Positions 40,780 to 53,738 of a stretch of 64,000 bases of DNA are shown one piece after another (within the stretch, counting starts at the first letter, position 1; the number at the start of each line of letters is the position of its first letter). The translations under genes were made by a program, and so were the position numbers. This DNA comes from Vermamoeba vermiformis (Eukaryota), in the NCBI GenBank assembly GCA_045837725.1, contig JBEWZL010000013.1, positions 310,001-374,000 on the forward strand. Reading direction: 5' to 3'. A model generated the notes under the pieces. That model made no database searches, was not told where the DNA came from, and saw only the letters and a program-made list of their open reading frames with translations.

Positions 40780-43596
40780 CTACTTAAAGATGGTCGAGTC
40801 AAATGAGTCTACTGACTCACCGTAATCGGCCATACACTCGATGAATCGCTCCACAACAGAGTTTCGGTTTGTAGACTGTAGAGCCATTTCTGCAATCATA
40901 ATGAGCTTCTTGACCGGCAATGCGCCCTTGAACACCGACTTGAGGCGCGCCAACTCTTCGTCGCTGAAGCCACCCAACTCGCGCAACACTTGCACGGCTT
41001 CAGTGCCACCATTGACTGACGGCACTGACAGCACGGCATTGAACACAGCAGTCAGCTCCATGCCTCTGAGCACTTCCTTGGTGCTTGTAGTTCCAATGAC
41101 GAGCAACTTGCGGCCCTTGGGCGGTGCTTTCTTGAACAGCACCAACAGTGTTTGCAGCACCAAGTTTGAGAAGCGCGGACCAATTGGAGTGAACTCGAGC
41201 AAGCGTTCAATGTCATCTACTATGATCAAACTAAGCTGCGACTTGTAAGCGTCCTCGAACACCTTGGAAATCTTCGCAGCCTTGCCCATTTCGTTGTAGC
41301 CAACCAATGACTCGGGGCTGAGCAGCTTGACGTAAGGGAAGTCACTCTCCATTGCAAGCTTGGCTGAGAGTGCAGTCTTGCCGCTGCCAGTAGGACCTTC
41401 CAAGAGCACGGAGACGAGTGGTGTGCGGTCACTGTTCTTGACTTGTTGCACGAACAACTTGACAGCGTCGTACAACTTCTCGAATGATTCACCGTACGAG
41501 ATGACACCGTTGCTGATGCACATCTCCAAGTCATCTTCACTCACACCAAAGTTGGGCTTGACTTCAGACAAGGCGCGCATAAAGTCTTCGCGCATCACTT
41601 TGACAGTCTCGGGATTGATTGTCTTGGTCGGGTTCTCCGGGTCGATTTGACGTTGCAAAGCAAAGGACGAGGCACTGCGCACGAGACCCTAATGAAGACA
41701 TTGTGAGCATCAACAATGACGTATTAATATCGAGAATAACGTACTTCTAACTCGGCACCGCTGAAGTTCTTAGTGAGCAATGAAATCTCCATCAAATCAA
41801 CGTCAGGACCAATCATGTTGTTCGATTGCATGTGCAGGGTCTTGATCTTCAAGATTTGATGACGACCCTTCTCGTCAGGCAAACCAATCTCCATGTGCAC
41901 TTCGAGACGACCAGGACGCAACAAGGCTTCGTCGATCAACTCCTTTCTGTTGGTCATACCAATCACGAGCACGTTGTTCACCTCTTCAACACCATCGAGC
42001 TTGGCCAACAACTGATTGACGACGCTGTCACCGACACCAGTGCCTGTGTTGCGCGCACCTCGTTCTTTGCAAATAGCGTCGAGTTCGTCGAAAATAATAA
42101 TGTGAAGGTTGCTCTCGTCACCCTTCTTTTTGTATTCATCTTCAGCGTCCTTGAACAAATTACGAATGTTTTCTTCTGATTGACCGACAAACTTGTTCAA
42201 AATTTCAGGACCGTTGACTGTGCAGAGCGTTAGAACCATTGTTAAAAAGTCGATTATAAGCTTTCAAGTACATACCAATCTTGGGCTCGTGGGCGTTCAA
42301 CATTTTACCGATTTGACGAGCAATGAGTGTTTTACCAGTACCAGGAGGACCGTACAAGAGGAGACCTGTCACGAGTGTCAAACCGAATGTCATACGCGAA
42401 CACGTGCGTGTCACTTACCCTTGACGTGCTTGATGCCTAATTTAGTAACAAACTCACGAGGGAAGACACGTGAAGCGAAGGCACGACGGAAGATGTCAGC
42501 AATTTCTTTGTCGAGACCTCCGATGCCCATCTTTTCAAAGTTGAAATCTGGTCTGAAGATGGCAACTGCAGCACTGTTACAAATGCGCGGTGAGTATACA
42601 ACGCGATGTAGTACTATGCACTGTGACGTACTTGGGGTTGCCAGTGATCTTGACGGTGCCTGTGCCAGCCTGGGCGAATTCGAGTTCAGATTGTTGCACG
42701 AGAAGACCGCGCTTGGGGACACGTCTGGTGGTCTTGGCCTCTTTCTTTTCGTCTTTCTTGCCTGACAATTGTTCGAGGTCCACGACTTGCACCTCGAGCA
42801 CGGTGAACATCACATTGACGCTGTTCACATCGCAAACGAATTTTTGACCTAATTCGGGCAATATTTAGTTTCGGTCAAATTCAATACCAAATCTTTTTGA
42901 ATAATTGCGCTGATTGAATATGATCACGTACCGACAGTAAAGAATTGATTGGTAAAGTTTCTGCGAACAATTTCTTCGAGCTTCTTGGCCTCGAATACTG
43001 GAGGGCCACCATTTGTTTTGGAAAGCAAATCCACTTCGAGTTTCAGTGAACTAAGGAAGATATTGCTCTTCTTGGGCTTGAATAATTTGCATGACACGGG
43101 TTCACCAAGAGAAACCTCCAAGCAGCGACGTTGAGGGTTGCTGAATCCGATCGCTCCTTTTTCCAATCCCTTGTGATCTCTATGCAATAATAAAACCGTA
43201 AATAATCATTATTGATGTGAGATGTTATTTTTCTATCAGCTAGATTAAAAATTTTTGAAATTTAGGTAAAATATTTTCCGTTTATTGTTTTTCAAACGAT
43301 CTAGTTATTATTAATGTAGTAATCGTCAATAAACGTCCAAAATTATCCGACATAAATTATTTGCCATTTAGTTTCACTTACTGGAACGTAAATACGAAAT
43401 TTTTCACTTTGAGGTAATTTCCTTGAGTCAGCGGAGTAGCTTCAGTGCTAACACGCGCAGAAAGTGCCTTAGCGTCCTCAGTGCTGATATATGCAAAGTT
43501 GGTGTACACTAAGCTTTCGCTGGGGAGCTTAGCGACTTTGAGTTCAAGGGATGAAGATGAGCTTCGAGTGGGAGCTGGGGTAGTTGTCTTGCTCAT
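40780..43596 (-). CDS. NSF: Vesicle-fusing ATPase NSF/Sec18
   Basis: [53 protein letters not shown]2 [16 protein letters not shown]. Confidence 0.97.
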
Positions 43597-44045
43597 CTTT
43601 TAGATGTGTTGTACTACGTGAAGAAATATTTTGTTAAAACGAAAAGCTCCCGGTTGGACTTTGATGACGGAACAAAAACATTCCGCCATAAAATTGATAA
43701 AAGATCTTACTTGAAAAGCTGACGCAGTTTATTCAAAAGAGAAAATAGTTACAGTACTGTACAAGGGCTTAATGGAAATGATTAGACGATTGCCAGAAAG
43801 TTACCTGGTGTTCTTCAGATCGAGATCTAGTCAAGCCGAGAGTGCGTTCGGTTGCCGAAAAATAAGATAAATAGGTAATGGTCAATATTAACGATGGCTC
43901 TTTTATTATCTTACGCTCTCAGTGGCCATTCAACGCGAGAGCCGCGAGCAAATTCGATTCACAGATCCGAAGCCGTCTCGCTCTGTACAAAAGAAGTATA
44001 ATATAATACATTAAGGAATCGTGTGCATCACCTGATTCGATCACA

Positions 44046-46202
44046 TTAAGCCACAGGACCCTCGGCCTGTCCGTCAGTAGTCGGAGCATTGGTCGCGGGT
44101 GCAGCAGTCGGCGCTGGGGGCTTGGTGAACTCGGTGAAAAACGCGTGCTTGAGTGCCTCTTCAGGAGTGATGCGCTTGGCTGGGTCAATCGCAGTGCACT
44201 TGTCAATGAGGTCCGCTAGCAACGAGACCAACTTCTTTTCTTGATCTGAAATGTCGTCGCTGTAGCTTTGCAGCAGTTCTGTGTTAATGTTGCGTGTCTG
44301 CTTGATGCTGACTGTGTGCACCTTCTCAAAGATCTTGCTGGTCACTGGATCCACCAGACGCTCTTTGAAGTTGAGGTTGTCGTCAAAGTGCACAGGGCGC
44401 AAGCGACCTTTCTGCAACATCTTCTTGGGGAACTTGCCCTTGCACTCCATGATCACCTTCAAGTGGTGGTTGTTGTTCTTAGATTGGAACATAAACTTGC
44501 CGCGTGCAAGCTCGTACAACGTGCAGCCAAGTGAGAAAACATCGATTGGGAAACTGTAGTCGAGACCAAGAATAATCTCTGGGGCTCTGTAGTAACGACT
44601 CACCAAGTAACCATTGTAAATATCGGGCTCCAATGGATTGTACTCGTAAGCACTGCCCAAGTCAGCGAGTTTGACCGTGCTCTTGTCCTTCACGAGAATG
44701 TTGTCAGGCTTCAGATCAGCGTGAATGATGTTGTTCCTCTTGAGCAGCAGAAGAGCCTTGAACAACTTGAATGCGTAGACACGCACGGCCTTGACACCGA
44801 GACCAACGCGGTTACCGTACTTCTTGACCAGTTCACGCAAGTTCATATCCATAGGTTCGAACACCAAGCACAATCGATCGCGGTCCTCGAAGTGATCTAG
44901 CAACTTGATGGTGTTGTAGCGTCCTTCAGGATCAGCTGCGCTCAGTTGAGCCAAAATTGCCATCTCCTTTTGACCGGCACGCTTCATGTGATCGTTGTTT
45001 CGCAGCAATTTAATGGCGACAGTCTGACCAGTCGTCTCGTCAATTGCTGACAACACGTTGCTGAACACACCTTTGCCGTGATGTCCAGTCACTTGGAATC
45101 TGTTGTTCAGTCGTTCACCAATGCGGTATCTGTAGTAGCCTTGTTCATCTTCTGAAGGATCAGCTTCGCGCACGTTGAGGGTCTTGAACTTAGTTCCCTT
45201 GGGCACTCTGTCGTCCTCCACACTGTCGCCACTGTCGTCAGCAAACATGTCGAATCCATTGTCTTCTTCTTTTTTGACTTCTTTCTTCTTGAAATCGTTG
45301 TCAGGCACGTCGTTAGAGATCTCATCAAAGACGTGCTGTGTCATAATCAACTCGGGCTTGACGTAACCATTAGCTTCTTCTTTCTTCACGCCATTAGCCA
45401 CCGGCTCAGCCTCCACTTCAGGCTTCGTGTCTACCTGCATTGGCTCGGGCTTGACTTCAGCTGCCTGGTCGTCAGATGGCTGAGCATTATTTTTGGCGTA
45501 CTTAGCCAGAATAGCCATGCGCCGCTCTCGTCGTTCGCGAATGGCTCGTTCTTCGTCGGTCTCGCTCGTGGCTGATTTGAGCTGTTCTTCGACTTTCTTT
45601 TTGAACTCTTCCTCATTCTCCTTTTCTTGTTTGGGCGTAGGTGCTGCAACTGCTTCTTTTACGTCGCGAGGCGTGTCTTTCTCTCGTCGCGCACTATCAC
45701 GAAGAGTGGATGAGTCACTGGTTTTATTATCACCATATGAATATCTCGAACGTTTTTCAGGCCTCTCACGAGATTGAGACCGACTATGAGACCGAGATCT
45801 CTTCTTACTACTTCTCTCCCGCTCGCGGGATCTATCTCTTGACCGTCGATCCTTATCATCTCGATGCGATCGGCTGTGGTGCCTATCTCTGTCTGAGCGG
45901 TCTCCATGTCTGTCCTTTTCCCCGATGTCGCGGCGGTGGTCTTTGTTATCGCGCTCTCTATCGCGCTTACCTTCTTTATCGTAATGACGATCTTCCTCTC
46001 TAAATTGAAAATAATATTAGTAGCTGTAAATAAGTTATAAATATGCATTAATTATATGTGGTATATTTGAGTACCAAATAAATTTTACCGAGCCTAAATT
46101 AACCGAGATGCCAAATCTTTCTCGGCGTTTACGAAATTATTGATCTGCCACTGGTTGATACTACCTCGAGGATTTGTATGAAGAACGATCAACTTGTAAC
46201 AT
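44046..46202 (-). CDS. PRPF4B: PRP4 kinase (PRPF4B)
   Basis: Short exon 1 (MLQVDRSSYKSSR) and an RS/RD-rich N-terminus; DEQGYY, GKGVFSNV, HADLKPDN, YLVSRYYRAPE. Confidence 0.93.
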
Positions 46203-46852
46203 ATTTAGTTGAGTTGTGGTTGACGGTAAGGAGAGAATGAAAAATGATTGAGATAAGCGTTTTCTTTGCTTTTGTCTTTACGGACACGAGAGCAACCTAC
46301 CCGCAATTTGAACGACGCTAACTCATTGCACCCTTGAGCTAGCATTACACGTCAAGTATTATTGTCGGTGTGGAGGACATTACAAAAGGAAATCCGGGGG
46401 TTTGATCATCGGGATTGGACAGGCCAATAATTGGAAATAATCGCTAGAATAATTATTATTCCAACGTGCTTACACCAAGTGCAGAATAATCGAACAATTC
46501 TCACTGCTTCAGAAATAGCTAAAATTATCAGATTTGATTGGAGGGGTCAATCCGCAACGGACAGCAATGAAGAGAGTCGCCATACCACATATGACGGCAT
46601 TATATTACTATGAATATTAACAACGCGATATAAATTAATTTAAGGGCTGTTGATCCTCGAGCTCTTGGCAATGGGCAACGGTCGTCCTTACGCGGGTGAC
46701 CACTTGCTTAGCCTCTTGCGTTCCTTTTCACCCACGATTCGTTGCCTCGTGTGGCTCTATCCAAACTTTTCTTGCTTTCGCTGGCCTAATAACCAAACCA
46801 CAACAAATTTGGCGCAGATCTGGCATAAAATGAAAATTTTGGACTCGTTCAG

Positions 46853-47053
46853 ATCACCTTCTCGGCCTTTTGGCTATGATCAAGTGTAGTATCTGTTCTT
46901 ATCAGTTTAATCTCTGATAGCTGGTCTATGGACCGGCACAAGATTAAATTTATTTTTTGAGAGGGATGCAGTTTAAAAACCTGCAGCTTGCTGTGGGTTC
47001 TGTATCGCGGATCTTCTCGGCATTGCACAATATGGCCTTGCTAGGTCCACCTC
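46853..47053 (+). ncRNA. U2: U2 spliceosomal snRNA
   Basis: ATCACCTTCTCGGCCTTTTGGCTATGATCAAGTGTAGTATCTGTTCTTATCAGTTTAATCTCTGATA is nearly identical to the conserved U2 5' end, including GTAGTA branch-pairing. Sm-like site AATTTATTTTTTG and stem-loop IV loop ATTGCAC are present. The 3' end is approximate. Confidence 0.96.
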
Positions 47054-47381
47054 CACTTACAAAATATCAAAAAATAATAAAACGGGGGGCTTTGGGTAAC
47101 GGGATAAAGGGAGATCAGGGGTTGTAACGGAATATAAGGAGATCCGATTGCGATTGGTTTATGCCTTAGTGCAACGGGGCACTGGGATAAGGTTGCTTGA
47201 TGGTATCGGGTCTGTATGGGTTGGATTGCACTCTCAACCCTCGCTTACTCATTACGTTGATGTACCACGAACCGAGTTTGATCCGACAAACACAACGAAA
47301 TTTTGGAAAGGATTCTTCGCTTTTTTATCACGCAGATCACAACATATGACGAGTAATACTTGATATTAGTCATCTATTGTA

Positions 47382-48930
47382 ATGTTTTTTGATACCCAGA
47401 ACGTAGTTACGGTAAGGAACGAGCTGCCACGAAATTGAATTTGTGTCTTGGCTTTGAAAATTGTTTTTTTCCCGAATGGTAAATTTATAAATACGGAAAT
47501 AATAAGTCAAGTCGATAATCCTTTAGGATTAAATAGTAATTTTCGTTTTCAATTTATTCGCAATTTTTTGACGTGTGTTTAAGGAACGCATCCGGCGCTG
47601 CTTTGAGAATCAAGAAGAAACTCTTACGTTATCTTATACAAATGCCACTGCAGTGCCAGAACAAATATCAACCTTGACGCATCTGAAAAGGTTGGAATTT
47701 TGTTACAACTCGCTGATCACCATTCCTGACGAAGTATTTGCTTTGACTCAACTCAAAGTGCTCACGTGGGGCAATGGACTGTTAAATATTTCACCTTCAA
47801 TATCACAGCTGCAACAACTCGAACAGCTCAATCTTTCTACCAACAAACTCACGCGTCTGCCGAGTGAAATATCATCACTGACCAATTTGACACTGCTCAA
47901 TGCACGGTTAAATCCAACGGACGAGCTGCCTGATAGTCTATTCACTTTGACGAAGATGCAAGAGCTGTACATGTCTGCGAGTGTATTGACGCAGATCCCG
48001 AGTGGCATTGGGTCATTCACTAATCTGAGGGTCCTATCGCTGTCTGACAATAAGATAACGGAGTTGCCTGACACTCTTGGCGAGTTGACAGCATTGCAAA
48101 CACTCAACTTGGGCAACAACAAATTCAACACGTTGCCCGAGTCGCTCTTCTCGCTCAACAACTTGCGCGAGCTCGTGCTGGTTAACAACATCTTGCACGA
48201 TGTTAGTGGCATTGAAAGACTCGGACTGACAAAGCTAGCTATTGGAGGCTCGGGGGCCAGTCCGATACCACTCCCCTTGAAAGAATTTCCGACCCCCTTT
48301 CTGCAGCTCACTTCGCTCTATCACCTCGAACTGCGACACACTGATGTGCAAGCTATTCCCGACGAGTTTTATCAACTCTCGCACTTGACGTACCTGTCAG
48401 TCAGCTACAATGGCCTGAAGACATTGCCAGACTCATTCTCCAAGCTGACCTCGCTGCTCAAGTTCTTCGCATTGGGCAATCTGTTCACTGAAATACCACC
48501 AGCACTGATGCAATTGACCAATCTCAAGTCACTGTCACTCGGCAAGAATTCAATTCGCAAGATCGACCATCAAATCTCGAAGCTCGTGAATCTGTCACAG
48601 CTGTCACTTGGCGAGAATAATCTGCGCTACGTGTCACCAATGCTGTCGTGCTGTCAACACGTCAGTAATTTGAACCTGTCCAGCAACAACATTTGCACAC
48701 TGCCCAGTGAGATTGGTGAACTGAAGAACTTGCGCTTTTTGTCGCTACGAGGCAATCCGTTGGCATTTATCCCTCCAGAAGTTGGATTTTTGACGAGTTT
48801 GAGGCTCGTTCGATTCGATAAATCGAAGTTTCCTAAAAAGGTAATTACTCATCGCACCGACTTCGAACAGTTCGTTGTACATAGTGATTTATATGACCAC
48901 GAAGACGATGACGACTCGTTTGTCGTGTAA
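47382..48930 (+). CDS. Leucine-rich repeat protein (SHOC2/LRRC-like, about 16-17 LRRs)
   Basis: Repeated LxxLxLxxNxLxxLP units; probable short first exon MFFDTQNVVT joined in phase 0 to ORF 47575-48930. Confidence 0.88.
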
Positions 48931-49041
48931 TCGTTACGTGGTGCTTGTAGCATAATTTCTTGTAAATAAAACTTGACCGACATATCCGCAATAGTGTTTA
49001 TTAATTATGGTACAGGGTTTAATATTACGCAAAATACTACT

Positions 49042-51807
49042 CTACATGGCTTTAGGTGAATCAGTGGTGTCTCGACCGCCGATCAGCTCGGGCTCGGACA
49101 TGATCGAAGCCTTTTCGGCCTCCAACAGTTCAGCCCACTGAGTGCGGTTCTTACCGAGGATTCCTAGCGGCACTTTAACTTCAGGTAGCAGGTCTGTTAT
49201 ACTAGAGAACAGAGGGGCCACTAAAAAGTCAATAAAGTTGAGCTGCATCTGCGGCAGCGAGCTGTTGCCTCGATCCATAAAAGCGCTGACTTTAATGCAC
49301 CTAAAGGTCCAATTAGCTTCTATATTACTAGTGCACTATGTAGTCTTGATATTACCTTTCTTTTTCTTTGTCACCTTGCATGAAAAATTCTTCTTGCACC
49401 ATCCGCGCCCAATACTTGGCTACGGGGAAAGTGCGCGTAGGATTAGAGACATCAGCGCACTTCATCAAAGCAACCACTAATATGCCACGATGATCATCGT
49501 CTTCGCGTTTAAATCGATCGCCTTTGAGTACGTTCTAAATATAAAATCGGCAATTAAGGCGCAGTTCTATAATTAGCTCCATAAAGTTTGGTACTAACCT
49601 GCATCTTGGACACAAATTCAACGTGGTAAGTCAAGTCTGTAGCGAGGATAATATCCACGACAACTTTTCTGAATCGTCGGAACTCATCTGGGGTCAGACC
49701 TTTTAATAGATCGAATTTCAGCAATAACTGAAAGCCGGATGAGCAGTGATGGTTCTCAAGCACCGATCTGAGGAGAAGTAGGTTAACATGGCTTAATATC
49801 AATCATGACGCTAGTATTACCTGTCGTTGTATCTCAAAGCGAGTTCTGAAAGTGTTTGGATTTGGAATGCATTGTTCAAGCCAGGGTGATCCACGTCGTG
49901 CAGTAGTGCCGCGAAGAACAAAGCCAATATTTCAATCGAGTTCAAATACTCCGAGGCCTTGGCACGCGTTACCAGCAAGTAACACATGTGAACTGCGCAT
50001 CCATACAGTTAACCGACTGTTTTGAAATAATAATTATGAGTTACTTACTGCAGTCAAAGGCATGCCTGAAGTTGTGGTAGGGATTGCTGCAATGATAGTT
50101 CTTTTTGAGCTCCACCAAGAAATGTCTGAAAGCCGCAATGTCGATCCGATGCAAGTCGAACAGATTGAAGTCGCGGAATATCTCCACGACGAGATTCATC
50201 AGCGACTCCTCGTTGTCGAAGCTCCACACATCAAACTCCCAGCTGCGCAGTTGTTCGGTAGTTTGCGAGTCGATCGGCTTGACCCAGAACGAACTGTCGA
50301 ACACATCGGTGTCTTTGTCGCTGCTAAATAGGCTGTGTTAATATAGCGCTAGGTGGTAGATAGACGCGCAGATGAGGATGTTAGATTCGATGAGCTTACT
50401 CAGTGACCGAGAGTTCAGATGTGAGCCATGTTCGCGTCTGTGGATCAACGTCCTTGCGACTCAAGTAGTTGTCGAGTGCGGGCTTATATAAGTTATGACT
50501 GGCTTTGAGTGCTTTCAATACATTGACTAGCGCGTCTCTCACCTAATTTAGTCCAAATTAGAAAATAAGTTACTCCGATAAACATCAGATTTCCTTTTAT
50601 GGTTATTTTTGGGCCGCTAATAACCATAGCTTCAAATATCTTCAATGGATTACTTACCTCGTTAGAAACGCCGCTATTGTTAATTAATTTCCCCACGGTG
50701 TCGCTAATAATCATAATTGGTGCTTGGATCGCGGCAGTCATTTCGTCCTTCAAAGTATCAATCTCTTGACGCAGCATGGAGACAGTCTCTTGCTAAATAA
50801 GGCGATTAGATCAATATCAACGCACAAAGACTATTGCTGAGTTGAAGACTTTCGTAACAAACAAAAAATCGCCAGAAATGGAAATTGTTAATAATTAAGA
50901 AGAGATTTAGACGAGAGTTCGATCTAATGAGGCTATGACTTGCGTATAATAGTATGCCCTACCATCTCTTTCTTTTGACCTTTCTCGAGCTCGTACATCC
51001 CGACCAATTTTTGTTCTTGCCGTTTGCGCCAAACATTTTGCCATAAGTTTTGAACTTGCTGTTGACGCACTGGCTTGACAATATAGTCCGTGGCACCCTT
51101 GGATAGGCACTGATACACCAATTGTAGCTCTTCAATCGCTGACATCACTAGAACACAAAAATTAAATCCTAAGAACGGGATCTAGCCGGGCATAAAATCA
51201 TTCAAATGTTCAGATCCGTCAAAAAAGGTTAGTATATGTTTGTATCACTAGTATCGATCTACTTTAAATGTTGCGAGTGACTTACTAATGACAGGGATTT
51301 GTCTAAGTTCTGGATCCGCCATAATCTCTTGCAATAATTCTATTCCATCCATTTCGGGCATTTTAATATCCGATATTACTACGCTGTATCTAGATTTGTC
51401 TTCGTTCAACAATTTTAACGCTTCTTTGGCACTTCCAACGTTTGTCACATCTGCAACAAAAACGAATTTATTAATAATCGGGTCAATAATTATTTAAAAT
51501 TAAATATCCTGTGCTTATAATAATCATCAGCTTTGCTATATTGACATTGCTCTGCAGATTTAATTCCGAATTTACAAATAATTGAATTACTGGCGTCACA
51601 ATATTTACCTTGATAACCGCATTTCTTTAATATCTTTTGAACAACTATCCGTGATGTCTTTTCATCGTCTACTACCATAATGTGGATATCGCGAGGATCA
51701 AAGCTCATCCTTCTACTGCTGCCGCGTCCTTCCAAATACCGACGCAGCTTTTCCTCTGTTTCCTCAATATCCATCTCCATGGCGGGTTCTTCGTTGTGGT
51801 GGTCCAT
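49042..51807 (-). CDS. regA: RegA-type cAMP phosphodiesterase (response-regulator receiver plus class I PDE)
   Basis: Receiver IMVVDD...ISDIKMPEMDGIELL...MMS...GATDYIVKP; PDE YHNFRHAFDC, HDVDHPGLNNAF, LENHH, LATDL, ADVSNP, EEFFMQGD, QLNFIDF. Confidence 0.9.
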
Positions 51808-52093
51808 TGTGGAGGGTGTTCGCAATGCGCGGAACCAGAATTAATCAAAAAAGAAGTGCGGTGGAAAATTACCATAAAAGGAGAAAATTTAGTTTGCGGG
51901 ATCTTCGCCGAACCTTAGGCTGTTAAAGACTAGCTTTCATGAAGTACGCATCCTATCATTCGGGAGTATCGATTTATCGCCAAATTTTAAACGGATCTAA
52001 AATTAGTTTTCGGCGGATCTATTGTTGTTTTATAAATAGCAATTTATTTTGTTTTATTACATGACTTCCGCATTCTTGTATTATTATAGGCAC

Positions 52094-53544
52094 TCAAAAC
52101 TTGAATTCAGCAATGTACTTTTGATAATCATCAGGCAGTTGACTCTCAACAGGCACATTGTTCGGTTGACTCTCGTCGATCTTGGGATACGGCGTGAGGA
52201 ACGGTCGTTTAATGTAACGTCTGTAGTCCTCGGCCCATCGTCGCTCCTCCCAGTTGCCAGTACGCCACTGACCGTCAGTATCACGCACGACCATGGCACG
52301 GTTGTACATGTCGGATGTAGGCGAGATGTCCCACATGATCATCTTGACTGGGAACTTGTTAGGGTAGATCTTGGGCTGGTAGCCGGGCAAGTACATCTTC
52401 TCGGTGATGTATTTGACCTCGGGGATCTTCTTCTTCGGGGTCTTGGGCGATTCTCGGTAGTACTTGGCCTCGCGTCTTCGGATGAACTTCAACAACTCGC
52501 CTGATTTGACGTCACCATCGATCCAGAACCATGTAGAAGGGCTTTGGTACTATTTATAGACGAATTAGTTTAAATAAATTTCAATTAGTAAATTAACTGG
52601 TGGATCTCGATCGCCTTTTTTAGCATAATTTCTTGCCAGCGTCAAAATAAATTATATTAAACTGGGTACCACTCCATTAATATAATTTAGGTTATATATG
52701 TAAATCACTTGTAATAATTTGCCTTAAATTGTTCCAACTGCGGAACTTTTAACTTGCCTTTCGGATGGGTATTTCATCGGGGATATCAGGAATGTCTTGA
52801 GGGAATGCTGTCTCGCCGAACTTCTTGGCAAGCAATCTGTCAATGGTATCGTCGAGTATTACACCGTCAGCTTCGGCTTGTTCTTCGATTTTGCTCGACC
52901 ACAAATATAACTTCATTCGATCCACACGCATTTTAAATAAATTGGATAATCTTGCAGCGGTCCAATAGTCTAATAAATATTACATTAGTATTGTCGTCAT
53001 TCAAGACGTAAGGGCATTATTTCTGTTGTTTCGAGCGGATTGACAAAATAATTCAAAATTAAAATAAATTCAACAACAATTATGCGCGTCAAATAAACAT
53101 ACTAGGATTTTTCTTGTGTAATTCGTAGGCTTTTTTGCGTGCTTCTTCTGAAAAACAAGGGTCGTTGGCATGAGCAACACGTTGTTCCAGATCGGCCCTC
53201 ATCTTTTTGGCCCAGTATAAAAAGTTTTGATATTCAATAGCTTCTAAACGTCCACGTTCTTCCTTTTTGTGTTTAAGTGCTTCTTCTTCTTGTCTAGAGC
53301 GTGTGTCTTCGAATTCAAGGATGCGGGCTCGTTCTTCCTCAGATACATTTTCAAAATATTTTTCTAATTGCTTTTGCTTATCATCTCCTTCTTTCTTTTC
53401 GCCCTTATCACCCTTCTTTTTATTTTTGGGTAATTTGAAAAATTCTGTGGCGTATGAACGTGTTTGGATGCAAGCCACAGTGGATGCAGTCTTTGAGCCT
53501 GTGCTGCGCAATTGAAATACTGATTTTCGTAACACTGGTAGCAT
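52094..53544 (-). CDS. Hypothetical protein with a mitochondrial presequence-like N-terminus
   Basis: MLPVLRKSVFQLRSTGSKTASTVACIQTRSY|AT, an Arg/Ser-rich, acid-free leader with an R-3-like cleavage pattern; three or four exons. Confidence 0.6.
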
Positions 53545-53738
53545 GGCTCGTGTTGTTTATAAACAAAAAATAATGAATAAACTGAACAGGATCGCGCAAC
53601 AGTTTTTTGACACAAACGAATGAAATCACTGCGCGGGACACGTTGGGACGATGAACGTACTTGCACTATTAAGGGTATTGGTAATAATATACTTTAATAC
53701 AGAACTATACACGCAACGTTTCAGTTTTGGATCGGTTT

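Noticed and set aside
33362-47053. Splicing gene cluster (CDC40, PRP4 kinase, U2 snRNA)
   Set aside because: The genes are interleaved with unrelated ones, so chance proximity in a compact genome is sufficient.
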